Below, one piece after another: positions 14,592 through 28,280 of a stretch of DNA of 64,000 bases; position 1 is the stretch's first letter; every line of letters starts with the position of its first letter. A program made the translations under genes and the position numbers. The stretch comes from the human T2T-CHM13v2.0 reference genome, Homo sapiens. The stretch lies in NCBI RefSeq assembly GCF_009914755.1, contig NC_060927.1; one strand, 5' to 3'. The notes beneath the pieces were generated by a model. The model saw only the letters and a list, made by a program, of their open reading frames with translations, had not been told where the DNA came from and searched no databases.

Positions 14592-14730
14592 GGGGTGTGA
14601 TGGCTCATGTCTGTAATCCCAGCACTATGGAGGCTGAGGTGGAAGAATCAGTTGATATCAAGAGTTCTAGACAAGCCTATACAAATAGCAAGATCCTGTC
14701 TCTATGAAAAGGAGAAAAACAAACAAACAA
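14592..14730 (+). mobile_element. FLAM / free left Alu monomer
   Basis: Single diverged monomer with A-rich tail; TSD aaatattta(t/c)tag on both sides. Confidence 0.85.
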
Positions 14731-14865
14731 AAATATTTACTAGATTGAACCATGTGAAATTAATATATTGGCCTGTTTTCTTTCTTTATGTTTTGTCTTA
14801 TTTCCTTTTTTCTTCCTTTCAGCTAAACAATAGATTAACAGGAACATTTTCAAGTGTTTTCGCAT

Positions 14866-15567
14866 AATGGCAATCATTAAAAAGTCAGGAAACAACAGGT
14901 GCTGGAGAGGATGTGGAGAAATAGGAACACTTTTACACTGTTGGTGGGACTGTAAACTAGTTCAACCATTGTGGAAGTCAGTGTGGCGATTCCTCAGGGA
15001 TCTAGAAGTAGAAATACCATTTGACCCAGCCATCCCATTACTGGGTATATACCCAAAGGACTATAAATCATGCTGCTATAAAGACACATGCACACGTATG
15101 TTTATTGCGGCACTATTCACAATAGCAAAGACTTGGAACCAACCCAAATGTCCAACAATGATAGACTGGATTAAGAAAATGTGGCGCATATACACCATGG
15201 AATACTATGCAGCCATAAAAAAGGATGAGTTCATGTCCTTTGTAGGGACATGGATGAAATTGGAAATCATCATTCTCAGTAAACTATCGCAAGGACAAAA
15301 AACCGAACACTGCATATCCCACAATAGGTGGGAATTGAACAATGAGAACACATGGACACAGGAAGGGGAACATCACACTCTGGGGACTGTTGTGGGGTGG
15401 GGCGAGGGGGGAGGGATAGCATTAGGAGATATACCTAATGCGAAATGACGAGTTAATGGGTGCAGCACACCAGCATGACACATGTATACATATGTAACTA
15501 ACCGGCACATTGTGCACATGTACCCTAAAACTTAAAGTATAATAATAATAAAATTTAAAAAAAAAAC
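14866..15567 (+). mobile_element. Young L1PA (about L1PA3) 3' end, 5'-truncated
   Basis: Near-intact ORF2 C-terminus ([37 protein letters not shown]), G-rich 3'UTR and A tail; no TSD found. Confidence 0.95.
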
Positions 15568-16105
15568 AAGCAAACAGCAAACTGGTGAATTCTTTTTGTA
15601 GCACACATAAGGCTCAAAATGTTAATGTCCTTATTATATGAACCGTCCTTATAAATCAATAAGAAAAACATTAACAACCCAGTATAACAATGGGCAAATT
15701 ACATATACAGATAACTCACAAATAAATGACCAATAAACAAATGGAACGATGCTCCAGATTGTTAAAAATCAATGAATAAAAAAAGAAAAACAACTATGAG
15801 TGATCAATGCTTCCCCAGGTAGGTTGAGAAAGAATTAAAAGATAAATAGTATCAAATATCGGAGAGGATATGGGGAAACAAGCACTCTTATACCCAGTAC
15901 ACATTAGTATAAACTGGCCCACCTCTTCTGGTGAGCAACTATGTAATGATTCAAATATTTAAGTATGCACACTCTGACTTAAAACCACAAATTCTAGAAA
16001 TTTATTGTAAAGAAATAATCAACAAGTTAAAAGGGTATTTACTGTAGCATTGTTTATAAGAGTAAAAATTAGAAACATCTTAAGAATCCCTCGATAGGGG
16101 TTGCT
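15568..16105 (+). mobile_element. Old L1 (L1ME-like) ORF2 3' fragment
   Basis: ataaatcaataagaaaaac...aacccagtataacaatgggcaaa...ctgtagcattgtttataagag, diverged L1M text. Confidence 0.7.

Positions 16106-16111
<6 letters not shown>

Positions 16112-16159
<48 letters not shown>
16112..16159. repeat. (TA)24 microsatellite
   Basis: Direct reading. Confidence 0.97.
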
Positions 16160-16162
<3 letters not shown>

Positions 16163-16227
16163 TATACATATATATATGTACACAATTTGTAAAAAATGAA
16201 TTTGAATTATAAATATGGATAACGATA

Positions 16228-16412
16228 AAGGACCAATCCGGCCTGCTGCCTATTTTTTGTTAATTAAGCTTAGTTGAACTCCTGCCACACCTATTCATTG
16301 ACTCATTGGGTGTGGCTGCTTTTGTGCTCAAAGGTAGAAATGAGTTGTTATGATGGGGACACAAAGCCTGTAATATATATCTGGCCCTTCACAGAAAGTC
16401 CCCTACTCCTCT
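16228..16412 (+). mobile_element. MER58A hAT-Charlie MITE
   Basis: ccaatccggcctgctgcctattttttgt...tggctgctttt...atctggcccttcacagaaa. Confidence 0.8.
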
Positions 16413-16489
16413 TCTACTGATACAGTTTACACCGTTATTATATAGCAAAAACAAAAACTAACTATTTTTAAACAAATATATATATATAT

Positions 16490-16735
16490 GATATCTCATT
16501 TTATTGCACTTTGCATCATTGTGTTTTTTACAAATTGAAAGTTTGTGGCAATTCTGCATTAAGGCTATTGGTGCTACTCACTTCATGTCTCTGTGTCACA
16601 TTTTGGTAATTCTTGCAATATTTCAAGCTTTTTGAATATTATTATATCTGTTATGGCAACATTTTCATCAGTGACCTTTGATGTTGCTATTGTAAAATGA
16701 ATTTAATAAATGCTCTGTGTGTTCTGACTGCTCCA
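16490..16735 (+). mobile_element. Tigger1 5' fragment ending at a poly(A) run
   Basis: ctcacttcatgtctctgtgtcacattttggtaattcttgcaatattt also occurs inverted in the Tigger1 at about 22400-22460. Confidence 0.9.
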
Positions 16736-18026
16736 AAAAAAAAAAAAAAAAAAAAGAATTGGGTTGCTTCAAAGTACCTAAGGCTTTCTTGAGAACAAAG
16801 ATTTAGAACATGGTTTGTTTGTAAAAAAAAAATTATTGGGGATCAAACCTACCTAAAGACAAAGTAGTATGCATTTTCTTTTAGAAGACAGAGCATACAT
16901 TTAACATTTTGAAGAAATTTTATAGCTTCAATACTTCAATTATGTCCTCATCAGGTATTCTGTCACAGGCGAGTATACAAGACATTATAAGCAAAGTACA
17001 CAAAACATATAACAATGATAAAGTATATTTTAAAACATGATATATGATACTTAAAAACAAAATACACACCTATGTGGACCAAAATGAAATCGAAAGACCA
17101 TGTGGTAAACAGGCTAAAGACATAAATCTATAGGGTTTATAGAGCAAGCATTTAAAATGTGTACATTTCAGGCGAAAGAATCCAAGCCAGGCTTACTGCA
17201 GAAACCAGAAAAGTTGCATATATTAAAATAAACAATGATATATCAGGGAAATATTATGTACTATAAAGATAATATAGTCATGTTAGTATATAAAACAGAG
17301 TATAATACAAAGGCCACCAATAAAAAAATAGTGTCAATCATGCTAATAAGGTTATGAATTCTTAAACATGTATAAAAACCTCTAACTATAACATCAAACA
17401 ACATAAATTTGTTAGATACAAAGTACAAATGACAAAATTATAACAAAAATATTTAAAATTTATAACCACGTAGAAGCTTTTAATATACTAGTCTCAGAAG
17501 TATTTGTGTTTCAAGAAAACCAAATTTTGAATTGTATTTGGGATTATGGAAAGCAATGTTTTAATAAGTAAGACATATTAAAAACATATAAGACCCTTAG
17601 CAGGTATGGGCCAACAAAATTAAAAGCTAGTTTCTTTTAAGAGTAATTGTTTAGACACACTTACCAAGAGACTAATTAAGAGGAAAACATATTATTCAAG
17701 TAAACAATACTTGAACAAAAACTCAAACATCAGCAAAAAAAATAAACCTAAAAATCATCAAAGCAATCATCATAAATGTCACTTTTTCTGAAATTGTAGA
17801 TGAGATAGTCAAATTCTGAAGAAAAAATATAACTTGAAATTGTCTAAGAAGAATAAACATTGAAATAACTATTATAATTATATTATTAAAAAATTGGAGT
17901 ACAAAAATTCCCTCTGTCCAAGAAAAACTTCAAAATCAAGTGATTTTACTGAAGCTTTATAAAAATTCAAAAAGCTTAATCAATAGAAAAAATGTGAGAT
18001 GTGTATACAACTCATTTTATGAATTA

Positions 18027-18784
18027 TAGTGTGGTGAATACTGTCCTCCAAAAATTCACACCTATCCATACCTCCGAATGTGACCTTATTTGGAAACAGG
18101 GTCATTGCAGATGTAACTAGTTAAAATTAGGTCGTATTGGGTTATGATGGATCCTAAATTCAAGGGACTGATGTCTTTGTAAGAGAAAGAAGAAGACTCA
18201 ATCAGATGGTCAACACTGACACAGAGCAAAGAAGGCCACATGAAGACAGAGGCAGAGATTACGGTGATGAAGCTACAAACCTAACAACACTAAGAATTGC
18301 TGACAACTATCAGAAACTAGGAAGGGAAATGGCAGGATTTTTCTGCAGATGCTTCAGAAGAAGCATAGTCCTGCTGACACCTTGATTTCATATTTCTAAC
18401 CTCCAGAACTGTGAGGGAATACATTTCTCTTAAAAATAATAGAATTTTATTACTATTACTATTACTATTATTATTGAGACAGAGTCTCGCTCTGTTACCC
18501 AGGCTGGAGTGCAGTGGTGCGATCTTAGCTCACTGCAACCTCCGCCTCCCAGATTCAAGCTATTCTCAGCCTCAGGAGTTGCTGGGATTATAGGATTCTG
18601 CCACCACACCCAGCTAATTTTTGTATTTTTAGTAGAGAGGGGGTTTTGCCATGTTGGCCAGGCTGGTCCCGAACTCCTGACCTCAGGTGATCTGCCCACC
18701 TCAACCTCCCAAAGTGCTGGGATTACAGACATAAGTCACCATGCCCAGCCCATTTCTGCTATTTTAAACCACCTAGTTTGTAGT

Positions 18785-18819
<35 letters not shown>

Positions 18820-18840
18820 GGTAGTCACAGGAAGCTAACA
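18027..18840 (+). mobile_element. MLT1C-like MaLR LTR interrupted by an Alu
   Basis: gaatgtgaccttatttggaaacagggtcattgcagatgtaa...ctgctgacaccttgattt...ctccagaactgtgag. Confidence 0.88.
18445..18750 (-). mobile_element. Alu (AluSx-like) nested in MLT1C
   Basis: cctgacctcaggtgatctgccc; (TTA/CTA)n tail; short TSD catttct. Confidence 0.93.
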
Positions 18841-21646
18841 GAAGAGGGTAGCATGGCTATTCTTCTAAACCAATGTAAGAATAGAATGAGAAAAATATAA
18901 GCTTATTTTACTTATGATACGAGATGAAAAAAATCCTTTTTTGAGGTATTAGCAAATTAAGTTCACTACGTATTTTAAAACGTCATGACCAAATGGAAAT
19001 GAGGCATAAAGATATAAATAAAATTGTCCATTGCAAAGACAAATTGAGAGGAACAGTTGAAATGGTTATCTCAATAAATTTGGAAGAAGCATTTTACAAA
19101 ATTCAACATTTATTGATGATTTGCAAAGGAAATCCACTAGCCAAATAAGACTATAGAAATATCTTAACCTCATAAATTATATCTACCAAAAACTCTTGTA
19201 AACATAATACTTTAAGTGAAGCTTTAAAACCAGTGTCAATAACACCAGGAACAAACCAGGAAACTTCCTTATTTCACTATTATTCAAAAATCAGATGCCA
19301 TGACAATAAAAAGTGTTTATGAAAAGAAATGGGGAATATATAAATTGGAAGAAAAAACAACAAAATTATCTTATTGCAAACAACAGTGATTTTCTAATGA
19401 GTGAAATTATTTCTCACATTGCCTTCTCAAGAATTTAGAGAGAATCTACTCGTAGTATTAAAACATTCAGCAAGATTGCTAAATATAACTTTAATGGACA
19501 AAAATTAGTATCATTCATCTAAATATACCACAGAAAGTGAAATATTTTAAATGACATAATTTATAATAGCCGGAACCAAAAACTTGCAGAGTTTCTTGGA
19601 GTAAATTGAAGAAATGTGTAAGAACTAATAGCAAAAGTTTAAAAATATTGTACATAAAAGAGAACCTAGTCTGAAATTCTAGATTCTTGCAAATAAGAAG
19701 GAACATAAATCCATAAATGTGATGGATTCATAAAGCCATTGATAAAACCAATGCAATTTTAACTATAATTATTAGTAGTTTTCAATGAAAGCAAAATAAT
19801 TATTTTAAATTCACATGGGAGTACAAAATAATGATTTTGAAACACAAGAGCAAGACAGGCAAATTGTTCCTGCCATATGTGACAAGGATTGATACCACAG
19901 ATGTTTTGTGGGTTCAGTTCTCCACTGTTACAATAAAGATATTGCAAAAAAGGGAGTCACGTAATTTTTTTTTGCTTCCTAGTGCATATAGAACTCGTTT
20001 ATATTATACTGTAGCCTAATAAGTGTGCAATAGTATTATGTCTAAAAATGTACAGACCTTAACTTAAAAATACTTTATTGATTAAAAAGGCTAACAATTA
20101 TCTGAGACTTCAGTGAGTTGTAATCCCTTTGTTAGTGGAGGGTCTTACCTAGTTGATGACTGCTGACTAATCAGAGTGGTGGTTGCTGAAGGCTGGGGTG
20201 GCTTTGGCAATTTCTTAAGATAAGACAACAATGAAGTATGCCACGCTGATTGACTCTTCTTTTCATAAAAGATTTCTCTAGAACATGGCATGCTATTGGA
20301 TAGCATTTTACATAAAACAGAACTTTGTTTGAAATTGAAGTCAGTCCTCTCAAACTCTGCTGCTGCTTTATCAACTAAGTTTGTGTAATATTCTAAATTT
20401 GTTCTGTCATTTCAACAATGTTCACATCTTCATCACGAGTAGAGTTTGTTTCAAGAAACCACTTTCTTTATTCATCCATGAGAAGCAGCTCCTCATTGTT
20501 GAAGTTTTAGATTGTAGCAATTCAGTCATATCCTCAGGCTCCACTTCTAAATCTAGGTCTGTTGCTATTTCCACCCCCTCTGCAGTTACTTCTTCCACTA
20601 CAGTCTTGAACCCCTCAGAGTCATCTGTGAGGGTTGGAATCAACTTCTAAATTCCTTTCAATGTTGACATTTTGACCTCCTGTCCTTCACAGCATCTTGA
20701 ATGGTGAATTATTTCCAAAAAGTTTTCCATTTATTTTGCCCAAATCCATCACAGGAATCACTGTATGGCAGCCATAGCTGTGTGTAATGTATTTCTTTAA
20801 TAACAAGATTTGGAAGTTATATTCCTTGATCGAGAGAGTGTAGAAAAAAATTTGTGTTACTAGGCATGAAAACAATATTAATCTCATTGTACATTGAGTG
20901 ACTAGGTGCATTCTCAATGAACAGTAATATTTTGCAAGGATTTTTTTTTTTCTGAGCAGTATTTCCCAACAACAGGCTTAAAATATTGATTAAAACATGT
21001 TGGAAATAAATGTGCTGTCATCTAGGCTTTGTTGTACCATTTCTAGAGAACAGACAGAGCAGATTTAGCATAATAGTTAAGGGCCCTAGAATTTTCAGAA
21101 TGGTAAATGAGCATTGGCTTCAACTTAAAAGACATCAGCTGCATTAGCCCATAACAAGAAAGTCAGTCATTATTTGAAGCTTTGAAGCCAGGTTATTGAC
21201 TTCTTCTCCATGGCTATGAAAGTCCTAGATGGCATCTTCTTTCAATAGAAGACTGTTTCATCTACATTGAAAAACCTGTTGTTCAGTGTAGTCATCTTCG
21301 GTAACTGTACTACTTCAGCAGCCTCTACATCAGCACTTGGTCCCTAACACTGCCCTTTTATGCTATGAATATGGCTTCTTCCCTTATACCTGATAAGCCA
21401 AACTCTGATAGCTTCGGACTTTTCTTCTGTAGCTTTCTCACCTTTCTCAACCTCCACAGGACTGAAAAGAGTTAGGGTCTTGCTCTGATTAGGCTTTGGC
21501 TTAAGGAAATGTTGTGGCTGGTTAGATCTTCTATTCAAACCACTCAGACTTTCTCCATATCAGCAATAAGTCTGTTTTCCTATCTTATAATGCATGTCTT
21601 CACTGGACTGGCATTTTTCACTTCCTTCAAGAATATTTGTTTTTTG

Positions 21647-21920
21647 GGCCGGGCGCAGTGGTTCACGTCTGTAATCCCAGCATTTTGGGAGGCCGAGGCA
21701 GGCAGATCACAAGGTCTAGAGTTTGACACCAGCCTGGCCAAGTGGTGAAACCCCGTGTCTACTTAAAATACAAAAATTAGCTGGGTGTGGTAGCAGGCAC
21801 CTGTAATCCCAGCTACTCAGGAGGCTGAGGCAGGAGAATCATTTGAACCCAGGAGTCGGGGCTTGCAGTGAGCCAAGATCCCACCATTGCACTCCAGCCT
21901 GGGTGACAGGGTGAGACTCC

Positions 21921-21925
<5 letters not shown>
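21647..21925 (+). mobile_element. Alu (AluSg-like) nested in Tigger1
   Basis: Full dimer; no poly(A) tail (see findings). Confidence 0.93.

Positions 21926-21997
<72 letters not shown>
21922..21997. repeat. Compound (TC)n(AT)n(T)n microsatellite
   Basis: Direct reading. Confidence 0.97.
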
Positions 21998-23251
21998 CCT
22001 TCACAACTAGGCCAACTACTTGATACAAGAGGCCTAGCTTTTGGCCTCTCTCAGTTTTTGACATGCTTTCATCACTAAAGTTAATCATTTCTAGCTTTTG
22101 ATTTAAAGTGAGAGACGTGCAACCTCTTCTTTTACTTGAAAATGTAGAGACCATTGCAGGGTAATTACTTAGCTTAATTTTAATATTGTAGTGTCTCGGG
22201 GAATAGGAAGGCCTTAGGAGAGCGGGAGAGATGGGGTGACAGCTGGAGCATTCAGAACACATATTTATAGATTAAGTGAGCTATCTTATGTGGGTGTTGT
22301 CTGTGGAGCCCCAAAACAATTATAATAGTAACATCAAAGATCTCTGATCTCAGTTTACCATAACAGATATAATAATAATAATAATAATAATAGTAATAAT
22401 AAAGTTGGAAATATTGCAAGAATTACTAAAATGTGACACAGAGACATGAAGTGAGCACGTGCTGTTGGAAAATTGTGCTGATAGACTTGGTTGATACAGG
22501 TTTGCAACAAACGTTCAATTTCTGAAAAAATATATATTTGTGAAGTACAATAAAGCAAATTATAATAAAACTAGGTAAGCCTGTATACGAATTAAAATAT
22601 CTGTGTTTACTAACAGAGATATAGACATATAGTTCAATGGAAGAGAATAGATTGTTGAGAGACAGAAACATTTCTAGGATCTTGGTATACGATAAAAATG
22701 GCAATGCAAGTCATTAGGAAAAAGGCAGATTAATCAATATATGACATTGAGCCAGATTTACTTCATGTCACATACATAATTAGTATGTGTTTGTATTAAA
22801 CACTGAACATATTAAAGAAGGAGGAATAATCAGTAACATAAATATCTAGTAGAATATTTTTGGAATATCAGAATAAGTATGTATTAGACATGATTGAAAA
22901 ATAATTTCTGAGTCACACTACCTCGAAATATAAGCCACAATTAACATCAAAAATTTAAAAACCTGTATAAACACTATTAAAGGACAAATAGTACCTTAGA
23001 AGAAGGTATTTATATGGTATAAAACAGAGAAAATAGTAGAATCCAGATATGTGAACAGCTTCTACAAATCAAGAAGAAAAAAGCAAACAAGTATTTCACT
23101 AAAGTGGACAAATTTTTGACCAAAATTTATATGAAAATATGTTCCACCTGATAAATAATGAAGTGAATGCAAATTAAAAGGAGTCTTTTTTTACATCCAA
23201 GAAGATAGAGAAAAATTAAATTTCTTATTGCACTTGTTTAGAAAGATTAAA

Positions 23252-24253
23252 GGAGCAAAAGATACTAGCCTCAGAGTGAACAGGCAACCTACAGAATGGG
23301 AGAAAATGTTTGCAATCTACTCATCTGACAAAGGTTGAATATCCCGAATCTACAAAGAACTTAATCAAATTTACAAGAAAAAAACAAACAACCCCATCAA
23401 AAAGTGTCCAAGGATATGAACAGGCCCTTCTCAAAAGAAGACATTTGTGAGTCCAGCAAACATATGAAAAAAAGTTCACCATCACTGATCATTAGAGAAA
23501 TGCAGATCAAAACCACAATGAGATACCATCTTATGTCAGTCAGAATTACCATTATTAAGTCAGGAAACAATAGACTCTGACGAAGCTGTGGAGAAATAGG
23601 AATGCTTTTAAACTGTTGGTGGGAATGTAAATTAGTTCAACCATTGTGGAAAACAGTATAGCAATTCCTCAAGAATCTAGAACCAGAAATATTATTTGAC
23701 CCAACAATCCCATTACTGGGTATATACACAAAGGATTATAAATCATTCTACTATAAATACACATGCACATGTATGTTTATTGCAGCACTATTTACAATAG
23801 CAGAGACTTGGAACAAACCCAAATGCCCTTCAATGATAGACAGGATAAGAAAATGTGGCACATATACACTATGGAATATTATGCAGCCATAAAAAAGAAT
23901 GAGATCATGTCCTTTGCAGGAACATGGATGAATCTGGAAGCCATCATTCTCAGTAAACAAACACAGGAACAGAAAACCAAACACTGCATGTTCTCACTCA
24001 TAAGTGGGAGTTGAACAGTGGGAACACATGGACACAGGGAGGAGAATATCACACATTGGGTCTTGTTGGTAGGTGGGGGGCAAGGGGCGGGAGAGCATTA
24101 GGACAAATACTTAATGCATACGGGGCTTAAAACCTAGATGATGGGTTGATAGGTGCAGCAAACCACTATGGAACATGTATACCTATGTAACAAACCTGCA
24201 CATTCTGCACATGTATCCTGGAACTTAAAGCAAAAAAAAAAAAAATTAAAAAA
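23252..24253 (+). mobile_element. L1PA (about L1PA8-10) 3' 1 kb
   Basis: ORF2 end (MWHIYTMEYYAAIKKNEIMSFAGTWM), ggggcttaaaacctagatga 3'UTR, A tail; TSD agaaagatta (23240-23249 / 24255-24264). Confidence 0.93.
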
Positions 24254-25349
24254 GAGAAAGATTAGGCGAAACTGCACCTTACATACACTTCCAGTATTAT
24301 TGTAAGTTATTAGAATTGCTTTGGTGAACAGTTTTGCAAAATTTAGAAAAAAATTAAAGTATACTTACTCAGCTATTATGCGTCTAGGAAGACATTTTTA
24401 CGTGCACTAAGGAAACAGGCATATGTGTTTTAATGTCAGAATAAATATTATAATATAAAACTAGTATATATTCACATATACTTTGGCTTAAAGAAATGTA
24501 GCTAGTTTGATCTTTTGTCAAAATCACCCAATGGTACATATTGCAATATAGTGAAAATGAATACACTATGTTTAAACAGATTATATTTTTATGTATCATA
24601 GAGGATACATTTTCTAAATCTCAAATATTGAGTCAGAAAAGCAAATTGAAGAATAAGACATATAATTTTTTCCATTATACACATTTTAAAATGCTGATAA
24701 TATTTAAAAAATTTTATATATATACATATTCATAGAAAAAATATATTCAGCATAGATTAAATAGATAACTTCCAATTCATTGTTATAATTTTTTCCAGTG
24801 AGAAATAAGGTAATAGGATTGTACTTAATGGGAAACAAGGGGAAAAAAGCTGATTTTTAATATAAATTTTAAAAATAATTCTAAATGTTATATTTTATGT
24901 TCTTCCCCCTCCATATGTATCTGTGTTTTAGATTTTCATACTACACTAACTTGCTTTGTATATATAATTTAAAGTATTCTCTAATTTCATTATCAATTTT
25001 AATCATATTTTCCCACAGTTGACTCATCATTTGAGGCTCTGTGACAAATTTACATTTCTTGTAATTTCCCTCTGAATTCAGGATTTTTCATCTCCTTGAG
25101 TATACATAGTTAATGTTATTAAATCCTCTTTTCTGTTTTCCTTTAGATTTTTTAATTTAAGTCTTTATTGAATTTCTACTTAAAAAACCAGGAGAGAAAA
25201 ATAAAATGTGTGCTAATTTTCAAATGGCTGATACACCAGGGTGGCTTACATTCATAAACTTTGAGAAAGACCGTTTTTGAGAAATAATTTATACTTTAAG
25301 GAGATAAACAGAGAGTAAACAACAGTTGATAAAAATAAGTGACTCTTCG

Positions 25350-25767
<418 letters not shown>

Positions 25768-27699
25768 TTATACATAATCCATTTTCTGTATTCTGTTTTC
25801 TTTTTAACTCAGATTTATTTTTCTTGGATCCAAATAGTTGCATGTCACCTTATTTCTATTCATCACTATGCAAACCATGGCCCAAAGTAAAAACGTGGTC
25901 ATTCAAAACATTTTTTCTACCAATGTGACTAACTTTTAGCATATTTTCAAAGCAAGATAAGGTTAACTGATTAGATATACTATCAATAGACCAGAGCCAC
26001 TATTTAATCTTGGATTCTGACAAAATACATGTTAACTGCTTGAGCCACAAACAAAATAAACTACCAGTTCTTTGTTTCCATTATCACAATTTCTTAAAAT
26101 CTTTTATGAAATCTCTTGTGTTTTCCTACTTAAGTGACTAATTTTTTCATATTAAAAGCATGAAGTTCTGTTGGCTTTCCTTCCTCGATTTTTCTATAAT
26201 GTCTTCTAAAATCAAATCTGAAATATTATCTCAAATTACGGGCTATAGTACTCTCATAATAATTGTGCTAAATCTTAAATTTACACTAATATAATGCTTT
26301 CTACAATGCATTTATACTAAGCATGTCATATGTAAGCATATGGCTCAAACAGATTAATTTCTTTGAACAAGATGTTTTTCTTTGTCATACTTCATTATTG
26401 AACACTATTACCCTAAATTTTGGTGATATCTATAAAAATTCTACTCACCTTCTTATTTTAAAATATGCATTTTTTACCAATCCTAGTCCCTCTTTTCTGC
26501 TATTTTCTACTTAGAATTATTGCGTTTCTTCTCCAGCCATGTATTTGTGGTATTTATTAAAATTTCTTGAACTGAGTACATCTCACTTTTCCCCTCAAGT
26601 ATGTGTTTCTTATCTTCACACTACACAATTCATGTTTTGCCAGAATCTCAATTTTTTGATATCAGAATATATTCAATATTATTTATGATACTATCTAATG
26701 CACTATTTATGGCATTTTCCTTTCTACAAACATTAACCAGAAAGGAGGTAAAAATACCACATGGATCCCAAAGTCTTTTGATCCATGAACAAGACTTCAA
26801 AGCTTGGCTTGACATTTACTCCCATACAAATCAAAACACTAATTATGTTCAGCAAACATGAGGAGCTTTCTTCTCTTCAGACTTGTGTTTCTGAAGTTTA
26901 TTCTCCATATTATGGACATATCTATATTTTCAAAAGGTTTTGTCAATACTTGTAAAGACATGTGTATGACCACAGTGTATTCCACACATTGATCTAATTT
27001 TGCTCTAGTTTCATGCTTTAAGTTTTTCTCTTTACCACTTCATCTAGATTGCAAAGTAGTTTTGCAATTGTGAACAGTGCCTTACTATAATTTATATATC
27101 CCTCACACTTTTAGAACACGCTAATTGCCTTTAGATTTCTGTGGTCCCTGGATGTTTAATAAGTTTTGGTAGGACATTGCTTTATATTGCATTGCTTTAT
27201 ATGGTTGTTTAGATGTATAATACAATATATTGCTAAACTCCCACATAAGAAATGAAATAAATACTGTCCAATTACAGGTCCTTGTCCTGGTAATAACCAA
27301 ATCCTATTGATAAAATGTCAATAATCATAATGCTCTCGTTAGGGAACAGTAACATGTTTCTTCTATTCTGTCAACACCTATTTTCTTGTGACTGGCAAAG
27401 AGTATTGTTGAATAAATGAACAAATGAGGTGGAATGAAGTGAATAAATGAGAGAATGTGAATCAGGTTAGATGGTGCTTCTTTCTCCAAAAGCTCCAATT
27501 TACTTTTACAAGAAGATGCTCCTATTCTTTGTATTAATCCGATTATTCAGAATTTTTTGATTTTCAGTTCTTCTGCTGCCTTTTGTTCCTTTTCTTACCA
27601 ACGTTGCAAAGTTAAAAATAATGAAAATCGTATAAGTGAGTTAAAAGGGCTCATGGCTCAGTTGTTCAAGTAGAAGAAATTATTTGAATACACAATTAA

Positions 27700-28280
27700 A
27701 ATATGATATAGAAGCTACAATAAGGAGCAGGAAAAGTAAAGAGCATCGGAAGATTAAAGATCACTTGGAAAAAGCTTCATAGAGAAAGGAATATTTAAAA
27801 GGTACCATGATTAGGAGTTCTGCAGCCAGTTCAGAAGGAACATAGATTCCATATAAACCAAATAGCATGTGTGGTGGGGTGACAGAGGGAGGCATTTGAT
27901 GGCTACTCCAGTTTTGAATTGCTGGAACTAAAGTGGCACTTGTGAAGTAAGAGGAGAATAGGCTCCACAGGTGATATGGGACAAGCTAATGAAAAAGCCA
28001 GAGTTTGAATATTATGTGTAGGCAACAAGGAGCTCTGAATATTTTACAAGCATGCAGTGACACAATTAGCTTCATGTTTAAGAAGATAACCCAGGGCGAA
28101 GTACACATATTGGAATGGAAGATAGAGAGGTTGAAAGCACATTGCTCAGACTACAGATAATAAAAATTTGAACAGAGAGGCCAAAAGATTTTGCCGATAC
28201 TTATAAAGACAAAGTCAATCAGTCACTAAATGACCAAATTAGAACTGTGTATAAATAAATTCAAGAAGATACTGAGAGAA
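27700..28280 (-). mobile_element. L2 relic
   Basis: gagtttgaatattatgtgtaggcaacaaggagc...gtgacacaattagcttcatgtttaagaagataacc antisense L2-like text. Confidence 0.6.

Larger units (their letters stand above)
19886..22583 (-). mobile_element. Tigger1 DNA transposon, near full length, decayed transposase
   Basis: TIR-like end aataaaactaggtaagcctg followed by TA; pogo/Tigger peptides (IPTLTDDSEGFKTVVEEVTAEGVEIATDLDLEVEPEDMTELLQS; [12 protein letters not shown]). Confidence 0.93.
16950..24850 (+). mobile_element. Long decayed L1M (L1ME-like) host element, interrupted by MLT1C, Tigger1 and L1PA
   Basis: A-rich colinear ORF2-like segments (gaagcattttacaaaattcaacat; cttctacaaatcaagaagaaaaaagc) resuming after each insertion; ends approximate. 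Confidence 0.65.

Noticed and set aside
15381-15415. G-quadruplex-like G tracts
   Set aside because: Standard L1PA 3'UTR feature
14867-15448. 193-aa ORF, the longest in the window
   Set aside because: C-terminus of L1 ORF2 frameshifted into the L1 3'UTR; not a host gene
20171-22262. Transposase-like ORFs suggesting a domesticated TIGD gene
   Set aside because: Fragmented by stops, frameshifts and an Alu; ordinary decayed Tigger1
27175-27203. Short tandem duplications (cattgctttatat x2; also 40575 and 60864)
   Set aside because: Ordinary slippage duplications without a repeat-spacer structure; not CRISPR-like
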